Assembly (NCBI RefSeq): GCF_006345805.1
Contig: NC_042997.1
Span: forward strand, 77,562,001-77,626,000
Length of the DNA: 64,000 nucleotides
Reading direction: 5' to 3'
DNA from: Octopus sinensis
Lineage: Eukaryota
The position numbers and the translations under genes are program-made. This document shows positions 50,390 through 62,173 of this stretch, piece by piece. Position 1 is the first letter of the stretch, and every line of letters starts with the position of its first letter. The notes beneath the pieces are model-generated. The model was given only the letters and a program-made list of their open reading frames with translations, was not told where the DNA came from and made no database searches.

Positions 50390-50680
50390 TTTGAGATGTC
50401 TATTATTAGGTAAATCCTTGATGATAATATTTGGACATTTTTCCTTTACATCCTTCTCAAAGAATACTAATATGTTCCATTGTAATACTACATTATTTTC
50501 TGTATCATCAACAAATTATGGTGATGATTTCTAATTTTGTTACTTTCTTACTGTTGCAAAATAGGAATCATTATAGCATTTGCTTTTCTCCAATGGTCTG
50601 CAAACCCTTTTCCTTGAGATTATTTCTACAGGCACAGCATAGTTAACTCATTCTTAAATATAACTTGAACTGAGTATGTA

Positions 50681-50719
<39 letters not shown>

Positions 50720-53700
50720 ACATGTATATATATCTGCATGTGTATATCTCATGATGTATATCAGCAAAAAATGTGGACATCAGTGAGAGAATAGACTAAC
50801 TGTTGAGAAATTACAGGAATCCATTTAAAATTTTTATTAATATATTAGGCAAGGTATGGCTGTATGGTAAGAAATTTGCTTCCTGATGACATGGTTCCAG
50901 GTTCAATCCCACTGCATGGCACCTCAGGCAAGTGTCTTCAACCATAGCCCCAGACCAACCAAAGCATTGCTTATAAATGGATTTGGTAGAAGAAAGCTGA
51001 ATGAAGCCTGCTATATATATATATATATATAGTTCTATTTTGAAAAGCTTAGACTTTGTGGTGTCCTTCAACTTGCTGTTACTATTTTTGTGACCGTAGT
51101 TCAGCAAAACTTAAAACATTGACTGTTTTTTTTTTTCTTTCTATTTTATTTTGACAAAAGAAAACTAATATACCTGGTTGAATTACTGTTTTACCTTGAG
51201 GTTTTTCTTTTTAACTGGAACTTTATTGCTGGTTAAGTTTTGTCAAGTTGCTCTGGTGTGGGTTATCAATTATACAGATATAGAAGTTGTAGGTATGAGA
51301 AAATTAACTTTGTTTTATGACTTCACCTAAAATAAATGCTTTTTTTTAGAATGAGAACTTCATCTGTAGGATATTGTGATAGTAAGAATATACTTAACAC
51401 CATTCATTAAACAAATTTGAAGGTTATAACAAATATAATATTGAGTTCTCATTTTGATTCCATTTGAAAGGCCACAGTTTGATATACTCTAAAAAAATAA
51501 TCTAAATCTATAATTTAAAAAACTTCAACTGGTATGGCCAGTTATCATGGCTAGGATGTGGAGCCCTAATCATTATAGAGCACATATTGATTTCTTTCTT
51601 TTATCATATTATTATTAGTTTTAGATCTCTTTTGTTAGGGAATTTATTTCAACCCTGCATGTAGGTGATACTTAAACAGTAACATTATAAGATTTGAGCT
51701 CTGAATGTTAGAGTAATACAAATTGCTATACTTTATATTGTTCCAGCTATGTTTCTGGAATATAACCTGTTTTATAACTGGGAATATTCATATTTTTTTT
51801 ATTTATAGAACTTTTTAAAAATCTTTTTTTTTTTCACACAAATCTACATAAAACAAACTTAACAACCTGTGGGTAGAAGCATTTATCCAATCCATCATAA
51901 AAGTGAATTTCTTTTCTCTTTGGTAATTGTTTTTCAAAATAACAAATATTGGTAATAAAATTTGAGTTACAATTTCAGTTTTGTGACTACATTAATATTT
52001 AACATTCCTTTGTATAGTAATGTAATTTTAAAGTAGAACTGTTATTTGGAAAGAAATATTGATTCTGTTGTTGTTTGAAACTAAAATATTCCTTTTTGAT
52101 TTAGGTTTATGAAAAATATTTACCATATACCCTACCTTTATTTGTAAGCGCATCTATTAAAAAAATGGGATTGTCTACTACAATAGAAATGGAAGTTTAC
52201 CTGTTTACTACCTGACCAATGCACCTTGTCACTTCTTGTGTGTACACCACTCCCTACTCATTTACCAAGAGATATTGAAACCATTTCCTTTTATAGTAGG
52301 TTTAACAAAATGAAGCAGGAGTTTATTAGAAAAGATAATATCCACACATATTGAACTAAATTGACCTACTAGTAGCAGCTACATATACTTGCTATGGCCT
52401 TTTAAAATAGAACAATAAGATATTTTTATACTCAAGCTGTCTTGTTAAAAAATGTTTGTCACATTCTAGTTAAATAGTTAAAAGTATATTTTGCTGTAAA
52501 ATTTTTCCTACAATAATTTCACCTATGCTAATGTCAAAAACAGAACTACCCATATCTGGGTTAGGAGTTTCATTTACTAATTGAAGTGATTCTTATCCAC
52601 TTATCAAGCATCAATACACTGTAACAGTAGAATCCTGCCAATGACCTTTTAGTTATGTAGATTTTGGTCAGCACTAGTTTATCAGGTTCATGTATGTAGT
52701 TAGTTGTTTGACTAACTGGATACAATCCATCAGATTCTGTGCTCTAGATGCCTCCTATCTGCTGGAGGACCACATTGCACACTCACATACAATAGTTTAT
52801 TGCAGTCTGAGTATGTTGTCTCATTTGTTATTTAGCTGCTTGGTGGTTCTGATTATACCTGATGTGTGCAAAATACTCATTTGTACAGATTTTCCATTTT
52901 TCTGTACATAACATTCCAGTAGAATGTTTTTGACTAATGAGGGTAGTAAGTACACATTGTAGAATTAACTGGACAAGGTTGTATCAAACTATATATGTAA
53001 TCCAGTTTCAATTCCCAATCAAAAATGTTTTACTTCCTCAGTTTTCTACTGATAGTCAAAATTTATAGATGTGCCTTTAGTTCTAAGTAATTTCATTTGC
53101 TGATGTATACATTGCTTCTGTATATAAGGTCCAGAATTCTTCAAGATATCTTTCCTGCTGTAGTTTGCTGGTTATCATTAACTTTATTTCAGCTGGAAAA
53201 AAAACAACTTTTGTGCTTTGAGTAAAGTTACTATTATTTGATGGTAAATCTGGCTGTAGAAAGATATATTTTTATAAGACCATATATTATTTGCTTACCA
53301 AGTAAAATCTCTCCTTGTCCAGACATGTTTTCAGGGAAGACTTCAGCTGTAGCTGTGTGTGAATGTACAAATCCTTCAATTTTGAAGGAAGATGTACACA
53401 AGTAAATAGGTACAGGCATGGCTGTGTAGAAAGAAATTTGTCTTCCAACCTTTTGATTCCAGGTTCAGTCCCACTGCATGGCACCTTGGGCAAGTATCTT
53501 CTACTCTAGTCACAGACTGACTAAAGCCATGTGGGTGGATTTGCTAGACAAACTAAAAGAAACTTATCATGTGTGTGTTTGTATTTGTCCCCTACCACTG
53601 CTTGACAACCAGTGTTGGTGTGTTTCATCCCTATGACTTAGCAGTTTGGCCAAAGATCATCAATAGAACAAGTACCAGGCTTTACAAAAAAATTAATAAG

Positions 53701-53846
53701 TACCAGGGTTGACTTGTTTCACTAAAATCTTTCAAGCTGATGCACCAACATGACCATAGTCTAATGTCTGAAACAAGAAAAAGAAAAAAATGAAAGTGAT
53801 AAGGTAAATTTCTAATCTGCAGTTTTATAAGTCTTGTTTTTCTTAA

Positions 53847-54050
53847 CCCTTTAGCATTTAAACTGGCCCCAAAATCTTACTTGTTTTATGTTCATGCTGA
53901 CTAAATCCAGCCTCTCACACTTACTCTGTTATTCTAAAAATAAATAGTCACTTCACTGAAATCTCAAAGCAATGAAGTAACGCATGATCAATTCAAAACA
54001 ATAATGTGAATAAATGTTATATTTGAAAGAATAACCTGAACACTAAATGG
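53847..54050. mobile_element. piggyBac-type MITE
   Basis: TTAA at 53843-53846 and 54051-54054; termini ccctttagca / cactaaatgg. Confidence 0.75.
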
Positions 54051-54378
54051 TTAATGTTCCATGTTTGATCAAACAAAATAGTTTAAAAAATACGGTTCAT
54101 CAGCATGGCCGCAGCTCTGAGCTGAAACTTAAAAAAAAAAAAAAAAAAGAGAATTCTGAAGCAATGCAAATCTAAGGAGAGACAAGTGAGAAAAACATTT
54201 AGTATACAATAATAAGTAGCAGTTGGTGAGATGGAAGGAAGTAAGCTTGAGTGCTTCTAGGTAGGTGTAAAAAGGAGTAGTCTAGAATTTAGGTTAGTGA
54301 ATGTTTTCCTATCAGGCAGGTGAATTACTTTGGATGTGATTTAGGAACAAGTGTATTAGGTCAGCACTAAATATGTAA

Positions 54379-54640
54379 TCTCTCTATATATAAAACTGAG
54401 AATGTGTGTCTGTGTGTTTCCCTAAAACTTGAGAACTACACAATCAATTTCATTCAAATTTTGCACATGCCTTACTTAAGGTCCACGTAGTTTCATGGGC
54501 AAAAAAATGTTCAACTTCTTGCCTAGGGCGAGCCCATAGCAATATCATATCTTCTCCACTATTTCAGTATTACATGTTAAAAGTGAAACAAAAACATCTC
54601 TCTATTTTATGTCAGATACTGTCACTTTAACAATAAAAAT
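54379..54640 (+). mobile_element. Helitron-like 5' portion
   Basis: A|TCTCTCTATATATAAAACTGAG start resembling 59674. 3' end not located. Confidence 0.5.
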
Positions 54641-55039
54641 TAGAGATAATAATAAGTTGAATTATATGTAGTAAGTAATAATTAAAATCAATATAATAAA
54701 ATTGTAACATAACAATTAAAAGTAAAAATAGCAATTGGTATAAAATTGCATCAATGACTTGAACTTAAATAAGTGGTTTCACATGAATGGGAATAAATAA
54801 AAAATAAAATTTAAGTACAGAAATGGAATAGTCCAGATGGAGCTGTGCACATACCTTTTACCATTAGATTATCTGCTAATTAGCTAGCATTAAGTATCTA
54901 TGTGAAGTTTGGCTGTATGTAATGTCTGTTTTCTTGAACTACTGAGTACTGCTGTTGGTTTATTTCTGATCCATAAAGGACTATAGCTTCAACTGAGTGC
55001 TGCTTTTTGATTCACTGTAAGGTTTGTTGTTATTATTAT

Positions 55040-55765
55040 TACTGTTTAACTATTGTTATCACGTTTGTTGGTTCCTCGTAAGGGAAGCGTTGTTGTGTTG
55101 CATTTGTTAAATAATTGTAAACCGTAACCCTCCCCCTTTGGTTATTGTTTAAAAATTGAATTGTGTCCCTGTTTGGGGAAATTGACAATATTTTCACTGT
55201 TTATACAGAAGCATTTTTGTTAAAATGTCTTCGATAGAAGAAAGTCCAAAAATGAATTTCGCTGCAGCCGTCGGCGGGCGCGAACTCATTAAAATTAAAA
55301 TGGAAGAAATACAAACCTATTTCGGATTGATCACCGACAAAGACGGTGAATCTAGGATAATACCACCAAACGAAATAAAAAATAAAATCAAGGAAAAGAC
55401 TATTGTCTATAAAGTATACAATGTAGAGAAAAAATAGATTTGAACACCTGGAGGAAAGCACCATTGAAAAGTATCTTGGTGTGACTATGAAAGATATCAA
55501 GTATCTAACCAGAGGCGGTAAATTCGCCACAATAGAAGCAAGGTTCGAGTCAACGGAGCGTGCAAGGGAGTACTCGATTCGAACCTTGCAAAGTGGAAAT
55601 ATTTTATTTTTACCTTTATATCTGGGAAGTAGGACGTCCCGGATAAAAATTTAAAATGTCCCCCCAGAATAGAGGTAGGCTGGATTGTAGCCACACTTCT
55701 ATACAAGAGGGAGGACAAGATACAATTGATCGAAATTGCAAGAGACGGGCCTACAATTCCAGTCT
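55040..55765 (+). mobile_element. Probable L1/Tx1-clade 5' UTR and ORF1 fragment, decayed
   Basis: MNFAAAVG...LPLYLGSRTSRIKI*NVPP pattern typical of an RRM-type ORF1. Recognised by eye only. Confidence 0.5.
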
Positions 55766-55885
55766 GTTATATATTTTGAGTATTGTTATCATTAGCGATA
55801 TCAAGATATAACTTTGTATTTTGTATTTTATGTGTAGATGTATATATATAGATGTACACACATATATATATATATATATACATGC

Positions 55886-55926
55886 ATTAGCACTATGACC
55901 TGGCGTTGCCGGGTCATAGTGCTAAT
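55886..55926. repeat. 41-bp hairpin made of a Helitron 3'-terminal motif
   Basis: Arms attagcactatgacc / ggtcatagtgctaat around tggcgttgccg; homologous to 60042-60070. Confidence 0.8.
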
Positions 55927-58900
55927 ACTTTAGTATAGTTTTCTTGCTGTGTACTCTTAGACCAGTTCCCAACAAGCAGACCTATGGTCAATGAATTTTT
56001 AGCTGTGACCATTCTGTAGTAAATCTAGGACTATTGTGTTTTTTGTTTTGAGGACAACCTATTGTGATTTGAAGGAAAGCTAGCTGCTATTTCTTGCAAG
56101 TCATGCTCCCTTGCTGGTTTGAAGTTTTGTGGTTACCTTAAGAAGTAAGACAAAAAAGAAGTTCTTGTACAGAAATAGTTTTCGAATGTAACATCAACAT
56201 CCATTTGTTTTCATGTAGTGAATTCATACTATTCTGTTTGTATGATTGATATAAACATTATTAACTCATTTCTGTTAGTTGGATTTGTTATTTATTCCCA
56301 GGCCAGCCCTGCTTGAGTACATGTATGATCAAAGGTATTGTGACCATTTCATTATGTCACAATATATGCAATCATTATCAGAATTGTTTGCTTTCTGTAG
56401 AGTGAAAACCTTAGATTACCATCTTGGTTTTCCTTTTTTCCATTCATTTTCTCTAATAGTAACAATGGTCTCAATAACTTTTTCTAATAATATTCCCAAG
56501 ATATTTTAGTTTTCTCTCTTTGATGATGTCTAATGAAACTTTATTAGTCTTGTCAATTGAAGGTATCTAATATAATTCCTTATGTAAGAAAGTAAGGTGT
56601 AATTTGAGATAAATTTTGTTGTCATTTCTAGCAGGTTAAGTGTCTCTCATGAGCTGGATTTTATCTTGTATTTGAGTATGGCCAAATGTTTTTGATATAA
56701 TTAAGAACATTAGCTCTTGGATATTTGCTGTGATGTGGTTAAAAACAATACAACAGAGCAAGGCAAAGTGACAAAATAACAGGGAAAGAGAGACTATCGT
56801 ATTTAATTTTAAAATATGCTTCAAGTTTTATTACAAACCATTAAAACAGTTACTGCATCATAAATGAAACTCTACAAACTTTAAACTTTGAAGTTTCCTC
56901 TTTAACAACAAAGATTTCCCATTCCATTATCATCAGCAGTGACCTCAAAGATTAACGATTTTTGACTTGCTCAGTACTTATGTATATCAATAACACTTGT
57001 TTTTCTTTAGTGTAGCACTGTTTAGTATTGAGAATAATTCAATACTGAAAATGTTGAATAAACTAGTTCACTTAACCTATACAGCAACAGCTGTTTTCCT
57101 CTTATGACTCATGTCAAGTCTATATTGTTAGAATCACTGTCATATCTCGATCATAGCAACTGTATCTTTGTTGTGCAACCATCAGTAGATGAAGTTAATG
57201 TAGAACATCTGCAATCAATATAGAAACAGCAGGTGATGCAATAAATACTTCACCTTTGTGTGAACAGTATTGTATCTCATTTCTAATATGGATATTAGAT
57301 TGGAGATTCTGCAAATAGATGATAGTACCTTTTTCATTGATTTTCTCTTTAAAAGCATAATTATTAGTTACATTTTTATCCAGTGAATTCAGACCTCCTT
57401 AATAGTCAACTTTGTTTCATCCTTCTAGATTGGGGTAAGTTCCAGTCAAATACTGAGATTGATTACATTTCTCAAAGTATTTGTACTATCCCTCAAAGTA
57501 TTTTTCCTGTGTCTAAGTCTGTTGTTGTTGTTGTTAAGGTGACATGCTGGGCAAAATGCTTAGTGGAAGTTCGTCCATGTTTACATTCTGTGTTCAAATT
57601 CTGCTGAGGTTGACTTTACCTCTCATCCCTTCAGGGTTGATGAAATCAGCACTAGTTGAACACTGGGATCGATCTAATCAATTTATCCCTTCCTTGAAAT
57701 TACTGGCCTTATGCCAAAGTTTGAAACCATTATTGTTGTTGAAATAGTAGATTGACAGAATCAGTAAAGCACTGATTCTTTATCAGTAAGATAAAATGCC
57801 TTGCAGTATTTGGTCTAATTTTACAATTCTGACTTCAAATTCCACTGAGGCCAACTTTGCCTTTCATCCATCTGGGGTTGATGAAGTACCCAGTCTAATA
57901 CCTGGTTCAGGGTAATTGTCTTAACCCAACCCCTTCCTTCAAAATTTCCAGCATTGTGCTTATGTTAGAAATAATGATTATTTTTATAGTTCATTTGCTT
58001 AAATGCTATTTATTGGTATGATTTGCTCTGTGGTTTCAGTGGCTGTTCACTGTTGCCTTGGCAGTAAATCCATTTAAGAGGCTAAAGATTAACCTATTTA
58101 TTTTTTTAACCATAAAATCCATCTACAAAACAATCTGTATTGTTAATCCATCCTACCTTTTTCTCTCGTATATAACTAAAATATTGCTTTCTCTTGAATA
58201 AATTCATTGTCTCTAGATGATTTTAGTTATTTCTTCCATCTGATCCACAAAATGTAAGGAAATAGTAACTTGACCTCACCATTTGTTACTCTTATCTATT
58301 TTTTATTTTTTAAATATCATAGGCTGAGATATTTTGACTTTCAAATTGTCCTTCAGCCTCTGTAGTAAGGTGTCTTCAGTTTATTAGGACATCTTTTATT
58401 TTCTGAGTTATTGCACTGAAGATTCTGAAGGAAAATATTTATTTCTAACTTAATGGAATTGTAAGGAAATTTAGTCAGTAGAATGAACATCAGTTTATGA
58501 CTGTTATTTATTTTTGATTACATACAGAAAGTAGACTCTTGCAGAATAGACTGAACCCCTCTCCCTCAGAATATCTGGCTGCGTACCTAAATTAGAAATA
58601 ATAATTACTACTTTTATAGCTCATTTACTTAAATACTGTAAGGTTTCTTCATGTGTTCAGTTATTTTGACAGTGAAGCCATTTGAGATGCTAAAGAGCAT
58701 GAGACTATTTCATAGTATTTAGTCCAGCACTCAGCCACTTTTGCCATTCCATTGTCCTTGTTTGGAGTAGAAATTACAATTTGTTTGCATGATGGTAAAT
58801 ACTTTAGATTTACTCTAAAGCAAAACTCACTGTATGTGTTTCCCACAGAAGTATTTTATGGTTTGTTTCTGAAAGAGTTACATTTTTCATCTAATGTGGG

Positions 58901-59673
58901 ATTGCTGCCAGCAACCATAAATTTGGTATGTAGTGAAGGAGATAAAATTATGAAAAGAATTTTTATTTTTATGTTTAATAGTCTTGATTAGCATTGCTTA
59001 GAAGACTTGTAGCACTGTAATTGTCAATATCATGCATTTGATCAATGTTTAAAGCAGTGATTTTCTTATCTTTAATATGAAGCTGGCTTTTCTAAGATTT
59101 AGAAACTAGAATGTTCTTACTTTAAAGTGAAAGGATTAAATTGAGGGAGATTTGGCTGGTTCGTTTTAGTAGGTTGAGAAACTACACAGAAATTTCTTCT
59201 TGAAAAAACCTATAATATATTGTTGACTCTGTACTGTAAGAAGTTAAACTTTAAATATGTTACATCTAATAACTGAATGTTTCTCCTTTTTCAAAAATAT
59301 CTCCGCTACAAAGCAACAAGGGAACTGTTTTGTGATTGCTGAACTTTTAGAAATACCTGCCTAATCTCCTTCAAATTATATCTACTGTCATAAAAAATGT
59401 AGTCCTTGATACAGTGTCTGGAAAAAAAAGTGGGACAGGCATGGTTGAGATGGCTTTCATCATAAATCTGTTTGATCAGAACTGGGTGGCTGTGAAACAA
59501 GGTCTTCTCAGTATTTATTATGTCTAACATAACTGATTAGATAAGAGTACTCGTTAGCAATGACATAGATGCCACTTTTGATTTCTTTAATTGTTACTAG
59601 TACATGCCCTAAAATATAGGTATATAATTCAAGAAAAATAAAGAAAGGTAAAACAATGCTGAATTAAAAGAAA

Positions 59674-60069
59674 TCTTTATTTATAAAAGTGAGGTTGTAT
59701 GCTGTCTGTCTCCTACGATTTAGATTCCTAACTACTCCCACATTTTGTGGTGCAGTTTAACCAAAACCGGGTATCTTATAGTCGTGATTCATATCGAGCC
59801 CTTCTGGGTATTAGCGCACGTCTACGATGAGTCTACGATTTAAAAAAAAATTTACCATAAATTTTTCCCATTTTAAATGCATTTTTGGCATATATAAGGG
59901 AAGTAACTCTCTAACAAATTTTTATTAAATCTCAGAACGTAAAAAGCTACAGTAACACCCCACCTTTGTGGTTAGCCATATTGAGATGGCTATTATACTT
60001 TACATCTCTAAAAATGCTTATATAGTTATTTCCCTTACAAACCCAAGCAACGCTGGGCGATACTGCTAG
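59674..60069 (+). mobile_element. Complete non-autonomous Helitron, 396 bp
   Basis: A|TC 5' end, subterminal hairpin cccaagcaacgctggg, CTAG|T 3' end, no TSD. Confidence 0.85.
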
Positions 60070-61306
60070 TACTTAATAGATCAAAATACTTATTAGTTTT
60101 TACTTCTTTATACATTATATACAACATTCCTCAATCAGGAAATTTTGACAATCAGTCTTTGCATAGACAACATTTTTTATGAACTCAGTATTTTCTAATT
60201 GTCTTGATGTGAAGCCAATTCAGCTATTATGTTATTATATTGATGAGTTTTTGTTGATGGCAACAATTAAAATCATACCAAAGTGAAATGAGTTATTTAT
60301 TATTCTTACACCTGAGTAGATATGAAACACCATAAACCACATAATTAAAAATAAAAAAACAACAAAATTACTTGGTAGCTTAGTTCTCTCAACACTTGAT
60401 TCCTTCCTTACTTGTGTCCTCACTATCTACTTACAGTCCCAGTTTCTCCCAAACTCAAACTATTTCTACACACATTTGATCATACCTTCTCCTTAATACA
60501 TTTCCATTCCAACTTAGCAGGAACTTTCTTTCCATCATTTTTATCACTTTGCTTTCTAAGCAGAAACTGTTTAAATGAAACAATAACTGATAGATTTTTT
60601 TTTACTAATCTTTCCCTCAAACTTACTACTATACCATGATAGAATTGTACATAAAATAAGCTGTACTTCATTCACTTAAATTAGTTCACTATGTTCTGAT
60701 ATTGCCGATAATTCTAGGAGTAAATGATAGGGTTTTATTTATCTTGTGTATAATTATATCTGGTTCATAGTATATAACCATTATCTCCACTTCAAATGTC
60801 ACAGCAACAACTGAAATGTTGTTTTAATCACATTCTTCTGCAATCACTGATATCATGTGGGTGCTGTTTGGTGTATTTCTTCCTTACCTTCATGTTCTCT
60901 CTTTTTTACACAAGTTTCTAGGTATGTGAGTGTTAACTAGCATTTTCAGTTCACTTATAGTGTATCATTATGTATATAGATTCAAATATTACCCTTTCTG
61001 TTCTTAGTTATGAGTCAGTGAAAAATATTATCATTCACTGTCCTACACTAAGTTTATCTACATATTTAGTAAGTTTTTTTTGTATATTTATTTCCACTGA
61101 AAGAGTTGATAATGATTAGTCAAGGTTACAAGTAATATTACTGCCCACTCTTTTTTACATTAGTCAACAACATTAATAATAATTGCAGTGCCTAATGAGA
61201 TAATATCATCAGACTGTATTCTTTCTTCAGTAATTATTCTTATGCAGAATAATTGCAGAGTAATTATTCTTATGCAGAATAACAGACATTGATTGGCGAA
61301 ACTGAC

Positions 61307-62173
61307 ATGGCAAATAAATCCTGCCACACACAGGCCATCCAAGTGCCTCTTGTAAATGACAAGAATGAAGACAATGACATGCAAACACCTACAAAACAAG
61401 AAACAGGAGATCCTGCAGAAAAAGACCAAACTTCCCACGAAAAGAAACAGATCCAGAGCAAACGCTCAAATGAAGGAAGGCCAGTATGTATCCATTACAG
61501 GCGCAACAAGTGCAAACATGGTCTTTCAGGTACAGGGTGCATGTACAGTCACCCCAAACCATGCAGACCATATATCAACTTCGGTACTGATCGAAAAAAA
61601 GGATGCCAAAATGGCCGAGAATGTGAACTCCTTCACCCAAAGATGTGCCGCAATTCGCTGAGAAAAAAAGAATGTTTTGGTGAGAATTGCAAATTTATGC
61701 ACCGGAAGGGTACAATTCGCATAAAAACTACTGAACCCACACCACCAGGACCAAGCTCAGCAGGGTATGAAAACCATTTCCCAAAAATGCGGAAACCAGG
61801 TCATGGCTCAGCAGGGTATGAAAACCATTTCCCAAAAATGCGGAACCCAAGTCATGGCTCAACAGCGAATGAAAATCATGCTACTCAATTGCATACATCA
61901 GCTGTAACAAACCCAAACTCGCAGAAATTCGATATAGTAATGAATGAAAGCAGTTTTTTAGGCATAATCTACCAACTACAACAACAGCTGTACTCCATAC
62001 AGACGACTCAGCAAAACCAGGCAACATTGATACAAAGGCTGACACCTGGACTTACAGGGCACGTACAACAAATACAGACAGCCCAGCAGACCGAATATCC
62101 AGTCAGCACAGTCCCAGCAACTACAACAGTCTTGCCAACAATAGGGCAGATGTATCCGGTACAACAAGCATAA
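61307..62173 (+). CDS. LINE ORF1 with tandem CCCH zinc fingers and a Gln/Thr-rich tail
   Basis: CIHYRRNKCKHGLSGTGCMYSH, CRPY...GCQNGRECELLH and CRNSLRKKECFGENCKFMH; first ATG at 61307; 51-bp tandem repeat at 61755-61860. Confidence 0.85.
   Translation: MANKSCHTQAIQVPLVNDKNEDNDMQTPTKQETGDPAEKDQTSHEKKQIQSKRSNEGRPVCIHYRRNKCKHGLSGTGCMYSHPKPCRPYINFGTDRKKGCQNGRECELLHPKMCRNSLRKKECFGENCKFMHRKGTIRIKTTEPTPPGPSSAGYENHFPKMRKPGHGSAGYENHFPKMRNPSHGSTANENHATQLHTSAVTNPNSQKFDIVMNESSFLGIIYQLQQQLYSIQTTQQNQATLIQRLTPGLTGHVQQIQTAQQTEYPVSTVPATTTVLPTIGQMYPVQQA

Noticed and set aside
58848-58925. Possible plus-strand coding exon (EVFYGLFLKELHFSSNVGLLPATINL), and a similar open stretch at 59353-59529
   Set aside because: No recognisable homology and no phase-consistent neighbours found; splice-like signals are common in AT-rich DNA.
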